A DNA stretch of 64,000 nt from Rickettsiales bacterium (GCA_022763105.1 JALEGK010000019.1:357-64356), one strand, 5' to 3'; counted from the stretch's first letter, positions 9,509 through 20,182 are shown. Numbers and translations: made by a program. The notes: generated from the sequence alone by a model not told the origin.

Positions 9509-12500
9509 TTAGGTAACTGACGCAACCGCTTTGTCTTTTTCTACTTCTACTTTTGCCACTTGCTGCGTTTCAACAGCGCCAGCCGCTTCCTTACCGTCAG
9601 TTTCCGTACCGGCATTTTTTAGTGCCTGACCAGCATCTGCGGTTTGTAGTTTTGGATCTTTAGCACCGTCTTTACCGTTATTATCATTGGTGGCTATCTG
9701 TCTCGCATCTTGTGCAACCACACCATCAGCCACCGCTTTTTTACCTAACGCTTGCAGTTTCTCATCTTCTGTCAACGGTGCTTGAGTCGCAACAATATGC
9801 CCCGTTACCGTTACTGCTGTTCTCTTTGTTTCGCCAACGCTACCAGTACCTAGCTCAGCTTTTTCTAGCTCTTTTGCTCTTTCCTGCTCGATGCGCTCCA
9901 TCTCAGCCTTGGTTTCTTTCGCTGCCTGTTTCAGATAATAACCTGTCACCAGCGTCTGATTACCGTTCGCCTGCTTAATCAATGTTTTCGCAAATAAATA
10001 TTGTTCAGCTAATTGCTTGTCACCCTCTTGAATGGCTTTTGGGTCGCTGCCAGTAAAGCGCTCATACGCCGCTTTTGCTTCGGCATAATTTCCTAGCTTT
10101 TGCTCTAATCGCGGTGCTGATTTCGCGTCTACAGGTACATCAACAGCAAGTTTCGTAGCATCTAAATCGCCATACATGCCGAACCAATCTTTTTCGGTTC
10201 TACCTTGTAAAACCTCAAGGTTAGGCTCAATTCTCTCTTGTTTAACCTGCTGCGCCACTACTTTTGCCAAATTAGTATAGAATTGATCAGCGTCCATTTC
10301 TTGACTTAGTGCGCTGTCCATCGCAGGAACTTGTATACCATACTCTTCTTGTAATTTTCCTAGGATCATCGAATCAATTGCCTTGGTCACATGCGCGCTA
10401 GATAAAGCTTTCAGGCGCTCTAAATCTACTCCATTCAGTTCAGAGTCTGCGGAAAGTTTGCCAAACACTGAGTCCATCAGGCGCTCTTTCGTGCCATCTA
10501 CTACCTTTTTGTTTCTCTCGAATGCCTCACCTTTCAGCTTCGCAATCGTCTCTGGCATAATGAGTGGGTTTTTTTCTCTTAATTTATCGATTGCAGCGAT
10601 TTGAGGATTAGAACGACCAAATGCTTCTGGATTTTTCAGGAAACTAATAGAAGCGGCATCCACAAATGCCATCCTTTTAATTTCATCTGTACTCAATTCC
10701 GTATCTTCCATAATGAACGTGTAGTCCATGAGTAATTCTTTATTGAGCGTTTCGAGCTCTGATTTAATAATATCCTGATATTGTGCACTCAGTTCATCTG
10801 GCGCATATTTTACGAATACTGCCTTAGCTTCTCTTAGTTTTGCATCAACAATCATTGGGCTGAGAGGGTTGCCATCTTTTTCTGCGGCACGAATATTTTC
10901 CATTAATTCTTGTAATGCCACACGCTGAGGTCTGATGTGGGAATATCTCTCCATGTGGTCAGGGTTCATTGGGTCATAATCGATCAGAGATAGTTGTAAC
11001 TGCATTCCAGCGATCTGGCGGATGCTTTCATTTTCACTACCCAACCCTGTAACGACGTCTTTGAACGTTTGGATGCGCTCATCTTTTTGCTCTGACGTAA
11101 GAGTTGTTTGCACAAAGGGTCTATTACGCTCAATATCGACCAATTTACCCATGTATGCACGCGTCGCATCATCTAACGCTAATTGCGCATCGGCTCCAGG
11201 CTTCTTCGTACCGGTTGCTTTACTCAGCGCTGCACGTTTTTCATCGGTCAGAAGAAGATTAAGCTCCTGCAACTTAGCCAGACGTGCATTAATCACATCT
11301 TCGTGTGTTGCTTGCACCTTAATATCACCAAATTCTTTGCCTTCTGCCTTTGCTTTTTCTTGTGCTTTTTTTGTCAATTCTTCACTTAGAGTATTAGTAT
11401 CGATCGCAAAAATCTCGTTGGTAATACCCCAGCCGAGTTCTTTATCCTGCTGCATAGCAATGGTGAAGCGTTCCATCTTAGCTCTGAGCTGGATGTACTG
11501 ACCGTAAATAGCCAAATCACCATTGAGTGATGGATCTGCATAATCAAATCTGCTCGTTTTACGCAGAACAAAATTTCGTCTATCACCGCCATCAATCAAG
11601 TCTATCTGATACTCTTGAAGCTGTCGCTCTACTATCGCGCCATACTCACGACTTAATGGATCTGCAGCTTTGAGTTCTGCCTCTAGCTTAGCATCCACTA
11701 ATTCCAAGTCTTTCATGATATTGGCTGCCAGCACTGGATTATTGATAGCAATAAACTGCAAGGTTTCAATTTTTGAACGGGCACTGTTGATGATTTGAGT
11801 GAAATCACTTGTCTCTCCTCTAGCAACCCCCAACAATTGCTGATCGGTAATTTTCATTTCAGGGTTTCTGGAGCGATCAAGCAGCAATGCCGCCATAGCT
11901 GTGTTCGGCTTAATAATACCTAGAGACTCTGCGCGGAAGTTCTTAAGGTCACGCAGTGCTTGCAGCTCTTCAACTTGCGCTTTTAAGGTTTCTGAAGTGC
12001 TATCATCGACCCATTCTATAGACTTTTTATGAAGCAACGCATCAAGTTTACTCTTAAAATCGGTTAGGCCCTGTTCTTTACCAACCGCAGCTAGTTCTTG
12101 AGCATATTTTTGATTAACCAGCTCTTCTCGTTGCGCAATCAAGCTGGTTAATTCATCAGAGAGCACCTGCCCCTGACCCAGTTCTTTACTCACATCTTGC
12201 TTAGGATCAAAGGTCGTGTTGACACTACCGCGATTCGTTTGATCAACCGTTCCCATTAGCATCTGCATACCCGCAACAGATTCTGCTTCTAACCTTGCAA
12301 TCTCTTGACGGTATTTTAGAATATCTGGGCTTTCCCACGGATTAGCTTCGATTTTCTCTTCATCATATTTCGCTTTTAGCTTCTGAAGCTCTGCACGCAT
12401 TTCAGCTTTTTTCTGATCAATCTGAACGCCATTTTCGAGCATTTGTATCAGCACTGCATCGCCGATAACTTTGCGATCTTTATCGGTCAGCTTTTTAGGG

Positions 12501-15256
12501 TCATACGACTCGCGATATGCTTCACTTAATTCGCCTTGAACTTTTGCTGGTAGTGCTTTGATTATTTGCGGATCAAGCTTTACAGCAAAATCCGGCCGCA
12601 TAGTCGCACCAATAAATTTTCTGGCGACCATCTCAGCGCCAATGTCAGATTTAAGGGTATTGCCTTTGTCATCAGTGAGAAGGAATTTTTTGTCTTTCAT
12701 GAATTGGATGCGCTCATCTAAAGATTCTTTCGACACCAATTCAGTCAGAAGGTGGCCACCATATTCTTTATCCATTGCCATGCCGGTAAGCATCGATCTA
12801 AATGCGGGTGTCGCCGCATTAAGTTTACCCAACTCATAGGCTGCGACTTTTCCTCGTAATTCTGCTGTTTCTGGTCCTTCGGGCTTCCAGGTGAGGTCTT
12901 CTAAAGCGCGCTTATACTCTGCTTCATTCGCGAAGGTATTTGGTAGATTATTGAAATCTAAATCTGCAAGCGCTGTGAAGATAGGAGCTCTGATCGTTTC
13001 CCAATTTAGATTATCATCTCGAAGTTTATCAATATCGATTGGTGGCTCAAGCGACTTAAGATAAGATTTTAGCGCTGCAGCGTTTTGAGGTGCCATACCT
13101 TCCAACTGACGAATCACACCTTGCTTTGAGTCTACATTGATGCGGCGCATCTCTCTTTGATGCTCTGGTGATGATATGAGAAAATTGATTTGGTCTTTTA
13201 CGGTCGTGTCGTTAGGCGTTCGGCCAACACGTTTGTCGGATAGAATTTTTGCCAACTCATCTGTCATTACACCGTTGGTTAGTTTTAAATAACGCTCTAC
13301 AGCCGGGCCATAAGTCTCGTTTGCTATCGCTTCGTTTCGTTGATAATGCTTGGCTTGAACCGTACCCTCTACCATCCGTGCATTTAGCTCTGCCGCCAAT
13401 TCAGGGTCTCTCTTTAACAACTCCACTTGCTTAGCAATTTCTGCTTTAAACGTATTTAAATCGCCCTTTTGAAGATCTGTAATCAGCGCATCAACATTTG
13501 CTCTTTCGCCTTGCTTACCAATTTTATGCATCATATACATTTGAGCATCTTTGTTTTCTCTAATGTATTTGGCTAACTCTTGTAATTGAGGGTTCTTATT
13601 CTTCTCTCCCGTTATATCCATAATAGTTAGAAGCGCATCCAATCGGTCTTTTGGGGTGTGCTGGTTAGGTGTTTTCTCAGCTATCTCTAACGCTTTATCG
13701 GCAACTGCTTTACCAAATGCCTTCAAAGGCCCTCGGCCAGCAATATCCATGCCTGCGAATTTTGAAGCCATTTCGTTTCTGCCTTCAAATATATCATAGG
13801 CAAAAAGCATCTGACGCTCACCGGAGGTTAGTTCCCCACGTTCTTTTCCACGCAATTGCTCAATGTATTTTAAATTGTGCGCCAACAATTCTGTCGCATT
13901 CATCGCTTTAGTGGAGATTGCATTGGCTTGGTCATTCGTTGTTTTTTCTGCATAGCCTTCAGGCTTAGGGCCGTTACCTTGTAAGTAGAGGCGATACGCG
14001 TCTAATTCAGCACGAACATCTTCTGGAAGCTTCGCAAATAGCGATGGATCCTTCTTCAGATCCTCTAGAGATAAACCACCTTTCTCTAACGCTTGTGTAA
14101 TAGACTTCATTACGCCTGGAGATGCATGTAGATCTCTAAATTCTTTCAGATCTTTATATCGCTCATCCGTAGGGAACAAAATTCCGCGGTAGAACACACC
14201 AGCACTTAAATGGCTGTATGTTTGCGCTGTTCTATCAAAACCTCTCAGTGCTGCTTGATCACCAGGGTTTTGTTGTAATGCTTTGAATGACTTGATTAAC
14301 CCATCATTACTTAAAGCGTTCGTGAAGTTAGTTTTCAATAAATGTTCGATGCGTGTGCGTGCCGGGTGATTTGGATTGCGCTCAATGAATTGCTCCAGCT
14401 CGCGTCTAAATTCAGCCGCTTTAGCTTTTTGAGCATCAGAATGTGGGTTTTGCTCAATTGTTTTTAGGTCGGCTTTAACACGACTGTTTCCAGCCATACC
14501 GCGCGCTGTTTTATCTACAACCACTCCGCCTAGCTGAGGATCATCTTTCATCAGCTTATCTAGGTCAGGATCAGTCGTAATAGTTTGTGAAATACGTCTT
14601 TGATCATCACGGGTTGTAATGGTTTGACCCGTTGTTCTATTGATATCTTCTAAACGGCCTGAAATGAGACGACGCATTTCGTCACCATCCAGCGTGTTAC
14701 CCTGACGCTCATAGATGTTGTTCATCTCGCGAACAAATTCATACTGCTCGTAATCTTGGTAGATACCAATCTTTGCATCGCCGATATCTAAGCCAACTTC
14801 GTGGTTAGCCGCAGAGATGGCCGCATCGGCACCAACTTTAATTCCCCTGATAGCCTCTAGCGCCGCAGCTGTCGTCATTCTTCCAGATTGTAACTGTTGA
14901 ATAATTCCATGCGCTTCACGGATGCGCTCCATCAACTCGCCTACTGCCGCATGTGATGGTTCACCAATACCGCCTAGCTCAGCTTGTACTCTTCTGATCT
15001 CACTCTGAAGCTCAGAGATAACCCCTTTAGCCTGCTCAATCCCTTCCAGAGCCGCATTGCTCGTATCAAACGAAGCCTGCTCCTCTAAGCTTGTTTTTTG
15101 TTTTTCTGCAAATTGATTGATATCTTCCAGAGAACGGCTAAGTGAATAGAAACGCAGGAGCGCTTCTTTTTGATCAGACGTAATTTGCTTATCCAGCTTA
15201 CCCTCATCCATCAGGTACTGAATAAAACCTAGTCCATCTTTTTCGTATTTCGACAT
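9509..15256 (-). CDS. Giant (1915 aa) hypothetical protein, predicted soluble and largely helical; function unknown
   Basis: Uninterrupted 5.7-kb ORF with an AGAGGAAAG RBS before the ATG. It is K/E/D/L/A-rich. No TM segment, signal peptide, P-loop or obvious tandem repeat was seen by eye. Confidence 0.85.
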   Translation of the reverse strand: MSKYEKDGLGFIQYLMDEGKLDKQITSDQKEALLRFYSLSRSLEDINQFAEKQKTSLEEQASFDTSNAALEGIEQAKGVISELQSEIRRVQAELGGIGEPSHAAVGELMERIREAHGIIQQLQSGRMTTAAALEAIRGIKVGADAAISAANHEVGLDIGDAKIGIYQDYEQYEFVREMNNIYERQGNTLDGDEMRRLISGRLEDINRTTGQTITTRDDQRRISQTITTDPDLDKLMKDDPQLGGVVVDKTARGMAGNSRVKADLKTIEQNPHSDAQKAKAAEFRRELEQFIERNPNHPARTRIEHLLKTNFTNALSNDGLIKSFKALQQNPGDQAALRGFDRTAQTYSHLSAGVFYRGILFPTDERYKDLKEFRDLHASPGVMKSITQALEKGGLSLEDLKKDPSLFAKLPEDVRAELDAYRLYLQGNGPKPEGYAEKTTNDQANAISTKAMNATELLAHNLKYIEQLRGKERGELTSGERQMLFAYDIFEGRNEMASKFAGMDIAGRGPLKAFGKAVADKALEIAEKTPNQHTPKDRLDALLTIMDITGEKNKNPQLQELAKYIRENKDAQMYMMHKIGKQGERANVDALITDLQKGDLNTFKAEIAKQVELLKRDPELAAELNARMVEGTVQAKHYQRNEAIANETYGPAVERYLKLTNGVMTDELAKILSDKRVGRTPNDTTVKDQINFLISSPEHQREMRRINVDSKQGVIRQLEGMAPQNAAALKSYLKSLEPPIDIDKLRDDNLNWETIRAPIFTALADLDFNNLPNTFANEAEYKRALEDLTWKPEGPETAELRGKVAAYELGKLNAATPAFRSMLTGMAMDKEYGGHLLTELVSKESLDERIQFMKDKKFLLTDDKGNTLKSDIGAEMVARKFIGATMRPDFAVKLDPQIIKALPAKVQGELSEAYRESYDPKKLTDKDRKVIGDAVLIQMLENGVQIDQKKAEMRAELQKLKAKYDEEKIEANPWESPDILKYRQEIARLEAESVAGMQMLMGTVDQTNRGSVNTTFDPKQDVSKELGQGQVLSDELTSLIAQREELVNQKYAQELAAVGKEQGLTDFKSKLDALLHKKSIEWVDDSTSETLKAQVEELQALRDLKNFRAESLGIIKPNTAMAALLLDRSRNPEMKITDQQLLGVARGETSDFTQIINSARSKIETLQFIAINNPVLAANIMKDLELVDAKLEAELKAADPLSREYGAIVERQLQEYQIDLIDGGDRRNFVLRKTSRFDYADPSLNGDLAIYGQYIQLRAKMERFTIAMQQDKELGWGITNEIFAIDTNTLSEELTKKAQEKAKAEGKEFGDIKVQATHEDVINARLAKLQELNLLLTDEKRAALSKATGTKKPGADAQLALDDATRAYMGKLVDIERNRPFVQTTLTSEQKDERIQTFKDVVTGLGSENESIRQIAGMQLQLSLIDYDPMNPDHMERYSHIRPQRVALQELMENIRAAEKDGNPLSPMIVDAKLREAKAVFVKYAPDELSAQYQDIIKSELETLNKELLMDYTFIMEDTELSTDEIKRMAFVDAASISFLKNPEAFGRSNPQIAAIDKLREKNPLIMPETIAKLKGEAFERNKKVVDGTKERLMDSVFGKLSADSELNGVDLERLKALSSAHVTKAIDSMILGKLQEEYGIQVPAMDSALSQEMDADQFYTNLAKVVAQQVKQERIEPNLEVLQGRTEKDWFGMYGDLDATKLAVDVPVDAKSAPRLEQKLGNYAEAKAAYERFTGSDPKAIQEGDKQLAEQYLFAKTLIKQANGNQTLVTGYYLKQAAKETKAEMERIEQERAKELEKAELGTGSVGETKRTAVTVTGHIVATQAPLTEDEKLQALGKKAVADGVVAQDARQIATNDNNGKDGAKDPKLQTADAGQALKNAGTETDGKEAAGAVETQQVAKVEVEKDKAVASVT

Positions 15257-15369
15257 TCACTTTCCTCTGGATACACTTATCCCTACTATGGACTATAGCA
15301 GTGATATGTTACGATTGTATTACAAGAGGGCAGAAATATTTGAAAAATAAGAAAAAAACCGCTTTTTCG

Positions 15370-15385
15370 TTAACCTTTTGTTAAC
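15370..15385. promoter_or_regulatory. CtrA-type box TTAA-N7-TTAAC (TTAACCTTTTGTTAAC)
   Basis: Exact match to TTAA-N7-TTAAC, 114-129 nt upstream of the start codon of the giant ORF. Confidence 0.45.
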
Positions 15386-15409
15386 TTTTACGCGCTGCAA
15401 CATGGCCTG

Positions 15410-15424
15410 TTAAGAAAAATTTAA
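15410..15424. promoter_or_regulatory. Second CtrA-type box TTAA-N7-TTAA (TTAAGAAAAATTTAA)
   Basis: Exact TTAA-N7-TTAA, 40 bp from the first box, in the same 250-bp intergenic region. Confidence 0.4.
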
Positions 15425-15506
15425 TAAACAGACGTTTCAATCACTTAGTTTTGCTAGCCGAAAAAATCGAATCGCATGGGCTACGATACAAGCGATATTT
15501 TGTTAA

Positions 15507-17660
15507 CTATAATCGCTCAACATTGTTTACCAGATTTTGGCCGCGCATGGTCGCGATAATATTATCGAGATGGCGTGCATTTCGCACCTCAATATCGAGC
15601 AATAATTCGAAGAAATCATTCGAGCGGTTGATGATTTTCATATTGTTGATATTGCCCTCTTCCTTGGCAATGATATTAGCAATCGTTGCGAGCGCTGCTC
15701 GCTGGTGTGACAGCACCGCTTTGATTCGCCCAACATGCAGATCATCGTGATTGCTGGAATGATCCCACGCAATATCAATCCATTTCTCAGGTGAGTCCGA
15801 GTAATTCTCGAGCGTTTCACAATCCATCGTGTGTACGGTAATGCCCTTACCAGTCGCCACGATGCCCACAATTTTATCGCCGGGAATCGGGTGACAACAC
15901 CCTGCATAGTGAATTGCCATACCCGGTATAAGCCCTTTGATCGGCATGGCGTGCTTTTCGTCACGCGTTGCTTTCTTACGGAATTTTGCGAGTGAGAATG
16001 GGTTTTTAAAGCCAGCCTTCTCAGAACGTTGTGTATGAAAGACCGCATCAAAGACCTGATTGCGGTTGATAATCCCCTCGCCCACTTCGGCGTATAAATC
16101 ATCGACCGTTTTCTTTTGAAAGATGCCCAATGCTGGCTCTAACATTTTGTCTTTCAAATCCTCGCCTTCTTGTTTGAAGGTTTTGGTTAGAATGGCCTTA
16201 CCAAGATTGACATACTCGCTGCGCTGCTGAGAACGGATAAAGCGACGAATTTCTGAGCGCGCCTTACCGGTGACCACAAACCGCTCCCATGTTGGCGACG
16301 GGGTTTGGTTCTTCGCGGTAATGATCTCAACCTGATCACCATTCTTGAGTTGGTATTTGAGCGGTACAATCCGGTTATTGACCTTTGCGCCTACGCAACG
16401 GAACCCCACCTCAGAGTGGACTGCGAAGGCAAAGTCTACAGGTGTGGAGCTGCGCGGCAGTGCGATGATGTCCCCTTTGGGTGAGAAGCAGAACACCTGA
16501 TCGTGGAACATTTCCATTTTGGTGTTCTCTAAAAACTCTTCTGTTCCTTCTGACTGATCGAGGATATCCACCAGTTCGCGAATCCAGCGGTAATGCTTGG
16601 TGTCGAAATCATCCGCGTTCTTTTTCTGCTTATAAGACCAGTGGGCTGCGACACCATATTCAGCGATCTCATGCATATCATGGGTACGAATCTGAATTTC
16701 GATTCGCTGCTGATTCGGCCCGATCACCGAGGTATGAATCGATTGATAGCCGTTGATCTTAGGGGTTGAGATATAGTCTTTAAATCGCCCCGGAATGGTG
16801 TGGTATTTCTCGTGAATAACACCAAGCGCCTGATAGCATTCCGGGATGGTGTCCACAATCACACGGAAGGCAACAATGTCACTCAGCTCTTCGAAGGTGA
16901 CGTTCTTGCTCTCCATTTTGCGCCAGATGGAGTATGGCTTTTTCTCGCGGCCAATCACTTCCGCCGATAAAACGCCCGCACTATGCATCATCTTGGCGAT
17001 CTGGTCGCCCGCTTTTTTCACTTTGGTTTTATCTTTGCGGCGCAAGTAATCGAGTCGGTTGATAATCGATTCGCGTGCATCAGGAAATAGCTCACGGAAT
17101 GCGAGGTCTTGCAGCTCCTCTTTCATGCGGCGCATGCCAATGCGCTCTGCGAGTGAGGCGTAGATATCGAGTGTCTCACGTGCGATGCGCGCACGTTTTT
17201 CAGGCTTTTTGATGTAGTGCAACGTTTCCATATTGTGCAAACGGTCCGCCAGCTTTACGAGCAGGACTCGTAAATCTTCAGACATTGCCACCAGTAATTT
17301 ACGGAAATTCTCTACCTGTTTCGTCGATTCGGATTTGATCTCTAAGCGATTCAGCTTTGTCACACCATCGACTAGCTGCATGACCTCATCGCCGAATAAA
17401 TCTTTGATTTCATCAAGCGTTGCATCGGTATCTTCGACTGTGTCGTGCAACAATGCTGTGATGACAGTTTTTTCATCTAGGCGGTAACGGGTGAGTTTAT
17501 ATGCCACCTCAACAGGGTGCGAAATATACGGATCGCCGGAAGCACGCATTTGCGAACCGTGTTTTTGCATGGCATATACATAGGCGCGGTTGATAGCATC
17601 TTCGTCAACGCTTGGGGCGTATTCTTTTATTGCTTCAACCAGCTCCATCTGGCGAATCAT
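15507..17660 (-). CDS. spoT: Bifunctional (p)ppGpp synthetase/hydrolase (RSH family)
   Basis: Has an HD hydrolase motif (HPVEVA...LLHDTVEDT), a synthetase domain, and TGS and ACT-like C-terminal parts. It lies downstream of rpoZ, as in many bacteria. Confidence 0.93.
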   Translation of the reverse strand: MIRQMELVEAIKEYAPSVDEDAINRAYVYAMQKHGSQMRASGDPYISHPVEVAYKLTRYRLDEKTVITALLHDTVEDTDATLDEIKDLFGDEVMQLVDGVTKLNRLEIKSESTKQVENFRKLLVAMSEDLRVLLVKLADRLHNMETLHYIKKPEKRARIARETLDIYASLAERIGMRRMKEELQDLAFRELFPDARESIINRLDYLRRKDKTKVKKAGDQIAKMMHSAGVLSAEVIGREKKPYSIWRKMESKNVTFEELSDIVAFRVIVDTIPECYQALGVIHEKYHTIPGRFKDYISTPKINGYQSIHTSVIGPNQQRIEIQIRTHDMHEIAEYGVAAHWSYKQKKNADDFDTKHYRWIRELVDILDQSEGTEEFLENTKMEMFHDQVFCFSPKGDIIALPRSSTPVDFAFAVHSEVGFRCVGAKVNNRIVPLKYQLKNGDQVEIITAKNQTPSPTWERFVVTGKARSEIRRFIRSQQRSEYVNLGKAILTKTFKQEGEDLKDKMLEPALGIFQKKTVDDLYAEVGEGIINRNQVFDAVFHTQRSEKAGFKNPFSLAKFRKKATRDEKHAMPIKGLIPGMAIHYAGCCHPIPGDKIVGIVATGKGITVHTMDCETLENYSDSPEKWIDIAWDHSSNHDDLHVGRIKAVLSHQRAALATIANIIAKEEGNINNMKIINRSNDFFELLLDIEVRNARHLDNIIATMRGQNLVNNVERL

Positions 17661-17723
17661 AGCTTTACTCTCCTCTCACCAATATAGGTGAAAAGATGCA
17701 TAAATAAAATGAAGAGATGGGTT

Positions 17724-18110
17724 TTAGTCGTCTACTTCGACATTATCTTCGATGAAAGACATACCGCCAGAGTAATTCGTACCAAATGGATCTTGCTCCA
17801 GGAATGAGCCAGTATCTTCGAATAGGCCGCCTTCTTCGTCAGAAAGGGCTGATTCGTTGTCGATACGATCATTTTTGTCGAATTCGTATTGCTTCTGGTA
17901 GCTCTGGACGATCTCTTCCTGAACGAGTTCGCGATCAATGGTCTCATCAGCGATTTCACGTAGTGACACAACCGCATCTTTATCGTTATCGCGCTCTACC
18001 GTTAAAGGCGAACCGGATGCGATCTGCTTCGCGCGTTGAGCGGCGGTAATCACCAGATCAAAGCGGTTCGGGATGTTTACAATGCAGTCTTCTACCGTTA
18101 CGCGTGCCAT
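17724..18110 (-). CDS. rpoZ: DNA-directed RNA polymerase subunit omega
   Basis: Starts [30 protein letters not shown], with an acidic C-terminal extension. Confidence 0.9.
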   Translation of the reverse strand: MARVTVEDCIVNIPNRFDLVITAAQRAKQIASGSPLTVERDNDKDAVVSLREIADETIDRELVQEEIVQSYQKQYEFDKNDRIDNESALSDEEGGLFEDTGSFLEQDPFGTNYSGGMSFIEDNVEVDD

Positions 18111-18250
18111 AGTTGCTCCATATTCAAGCGGTTTGTGAACGCGCTATTTAGTCGATTTTAAGCCTTAAAGGCAAGTAAAAATAACGTTTTTTCTGGAAAA
18201 ACTTGTGAGGCTTCGTTAGATTCCGCATCAAGTATGAGGTAAGGTTACGA

Positions 18251-19177
18251 ATGGCAGAGATACACCCACTCAAAAAAGACACTGATAGCAAGCTTGCTAA
18301 GCCTGATTGGATTCGGGTTAAAGCCCCTGTATCAAAGGGTTACACCGAAACGCGCGATTTGATGCGCGAGAAAAAGCTGCATACGGTATGCGAAGAAGCT
18401 GCCTGCCCTAACATTGGCGAATGTTGGGAGCAAGGCCATGCGACCGTCATGATTTTGGGTGATACCTGCACCCGTGCCTGCGCCTTTTGTAATGTTAAAA
18501 CCGGCGTTCCAATGAGTGTTGACACCGACGAGCCACGCCATCTGGCAGAAGCGGTTGGTTCGCTGAATCTCAAGCATGTTGTTATCACCTCGGTGGATCG
18601 TGATGATTTAGAAGATGGTGGCGCGAATCAATTTGCGCAATGTATTGAATATCTGCGCATGACTGCGCCTGATACGACCGTTGAAATTCTTACCCCTGAT
18701 TTTCAAAAGAAACCAGGTGCGATTGAGATTATCGTGAAGTCGAAACCAGATGTGTTCAACCACAATATAGAGACCGTGCCGCGCTTATATCGTGAGATTC
18801 GCCCCGGTGCGCGTTATTTCCATTCGCTGTCCATTCTTCAACGTGTGAAAGAGCTGGATCCATCAAGCTTCACCAAATCTGGCCTGATGGTTGGGTTGGG
18901 TGAGACGAAGGAAGAAGTGATTCAGGTCATGGATGATCTGCGTGCAGCGGATGTTGATTTCATCACGATTGGTCAATATTTGCAGCCAACTCCGCGTCAT
19001 GCGGCTGTTGATCGCTATGTTACTCCAGATGAATTCCGCTATTATGAGCGCATGGCTCGTGCAAAAGGTTTTCTGCAGGTGGCCTCTTCTCCACTAACCC
19101 GTTCGTCGTATCATGCGGGTGATGATTTCGTGGAAATGCGCAAAAACCGACTGGAAAAATTAGCGAACGAATCCTAA
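18251..19177 (+). CDS. lipA: Lipoyl synthase
   Basis: Contains [12 protein letters not shown] and the radical-SAM motif CTRACAFC. Confidence 0.95.
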   Translation: MAEIHPLKKDTDSKLAKPDWIRVKAPVSKGYTETRDLMREKKLHTVCEEAACPNIGECWEQGHATVMILGDTCTRACAFCNVKTGVPMSVDTDEPRHLAEAVGSLNLKHVVITSVDRDDLEDGGANQFAQCIEYLRMTAPDTTVEILTPDFQKKPGAIEIIVKSKPDVFNHNIETVPRLYREIRPGARYFHSLSILQRVKELDPSSFTKSGLMVGLGETKEEVIQVMDDLRAADVDFITIGQYLQPTPRHAAVDRYVTPDEFRYYERMARAKGFLQVASSPLTRSSYHAGDDFVEMRKNRLEKLANES

Positions 19178-19635
19178 TGCCAGCCCATCAGGAAACCTCG
19201 TCCTTTCCCTTTCAAACACAGCAGCTTTACGAGCTAGTAGAGGATGTTGAGAAATACCCTGAATTTCTGCCGTGGTGCCGTGCTGCGCGTATTTTAGAGC
19301 GCACCGATAATGTGTTTACCGCCGAGCTGGTCATTAGCTTTAAGGGTTTTTCTGAGAATTATACTTCGCAGGTGATTTGCCATGCGCCGCGTGGCCCACA
19401 TGAGCCGTGCCGTATCGATGTCGGGCTGGTGCGTGGTCCGTTTCATCACCTCACCAATCACTGGATTTTTGAGCCAGATGGTGAAGGCAGCACCATTCAT
19501 TTCTCGGTTGATTTTGCCTTTAAATCGAAAATTCTTGATAAGCTGATTGGATCACTATTCACCAAAGCCACACACAAAATGGTCGAGGCATTTAGTCAAC
19601 GTGCGTATGATTTATATGGTTCTAGTGAATCGTAG
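19177..19635 (+). CDS. SRPBCC/START-fold protein (RatA/Coq10-like)
   Basis: 152 aa with ...YPEFLPWC... The ATG overlaps the lipA TAA (TAATG). Confidence 0.75.
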   Translation: MPAHQETSSFPFQTQQLYELVEDVEKYPEFLPWCRAARILERTDNVFTAELVISFKGFSENYTSQVICHAPRGPHEPCRIDVGLVRGPFHHLTNHWIFEPDGEGSTIHFSVDFAFKSKILDKLIGSLFTKATHKMVEAFSQRAYDLYGSSES

Positions 19636-20104
19636 GTTTAAAGTTTTCTGTTAGAAGCTCTCTGCGCTGTTCGCGAATATTATCACGCCAATCGGTGCGT
19701 CTATTGTCTGCATTTTGTTCTCTTAACTCGTGCACTTCATTGCGAAGTTCGGTAATGGCTGATGCCAAATCGACATCTTTTTCGGTTTCCCGATTCTTCT
19801 CCACCAAATGGGCCTCGACTTTATCACGCACCATAGCGACTTCTTCATCGAGCGAGAGCGCCTGAAACCCTGCTGTGACTGCTGCCAGAACCGTCATGAC
19901 AAAACCACCAATGATGGGCAGACCAATACCAGTACCTGCTGTGATCAACATGCCTGCATGTACGGCAAGGCCAATGGTGACAGCGGTTGCGGCCGCTGCG
20001 GCTGCCGTCCAGAAATAAGACCAATGGGTTTTCGTCTCCGCCTCTTGGCGCAGCACTTCCATTTCTGGGTCTGATTCATTCTTATATGGTCTACGTCCAA
20101 ACAT
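19622..20104 (-). CDS. Hypothetical membrane protein (two Gly/Ala-rich TM helices plus a C-terminal coiled coil)
   Basis: 160-aa ORF with hydrophobic stretches WSYFWTAAAAAATAVTIGLAV and LPIIGGFVMTVLAAVTAGF, followed by a charged helical tail. Its 3' end overlaps the ratA-like gene by 14 nt. Confidence 0.5.
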   Translation of the reverse strand: MFGRRPYKNESDPEMEVLRQEAETKTHWSYFWTAAAAAATAVTIGLAVHAGMLITAGTGIGLPIIGGFVMTVLAAVTAGFQALSLDEEVAMVRDKVEAHLVEKNRETEKDVDLASAITELRNEVHELREQNADNRRTDWRDNIREQRRELLTENFKPTIH

Positions 20105-20182
20105 ACTACTATTCCTTAGTATCTATTATACGCAGGAAATCGCCAAAAAGTGTTAAAATTCAATGACAATGGCTGAATATAG

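Noticed and set aside
11022-11501. 159-aa ORF antisense to the giant gene (and similar 60-90-aa ORFs)
   Set aside because: The Ser/Leu/Phe-rich translation is what the reverse complement of Glu/Lys-rich coding sequence is expected to give.
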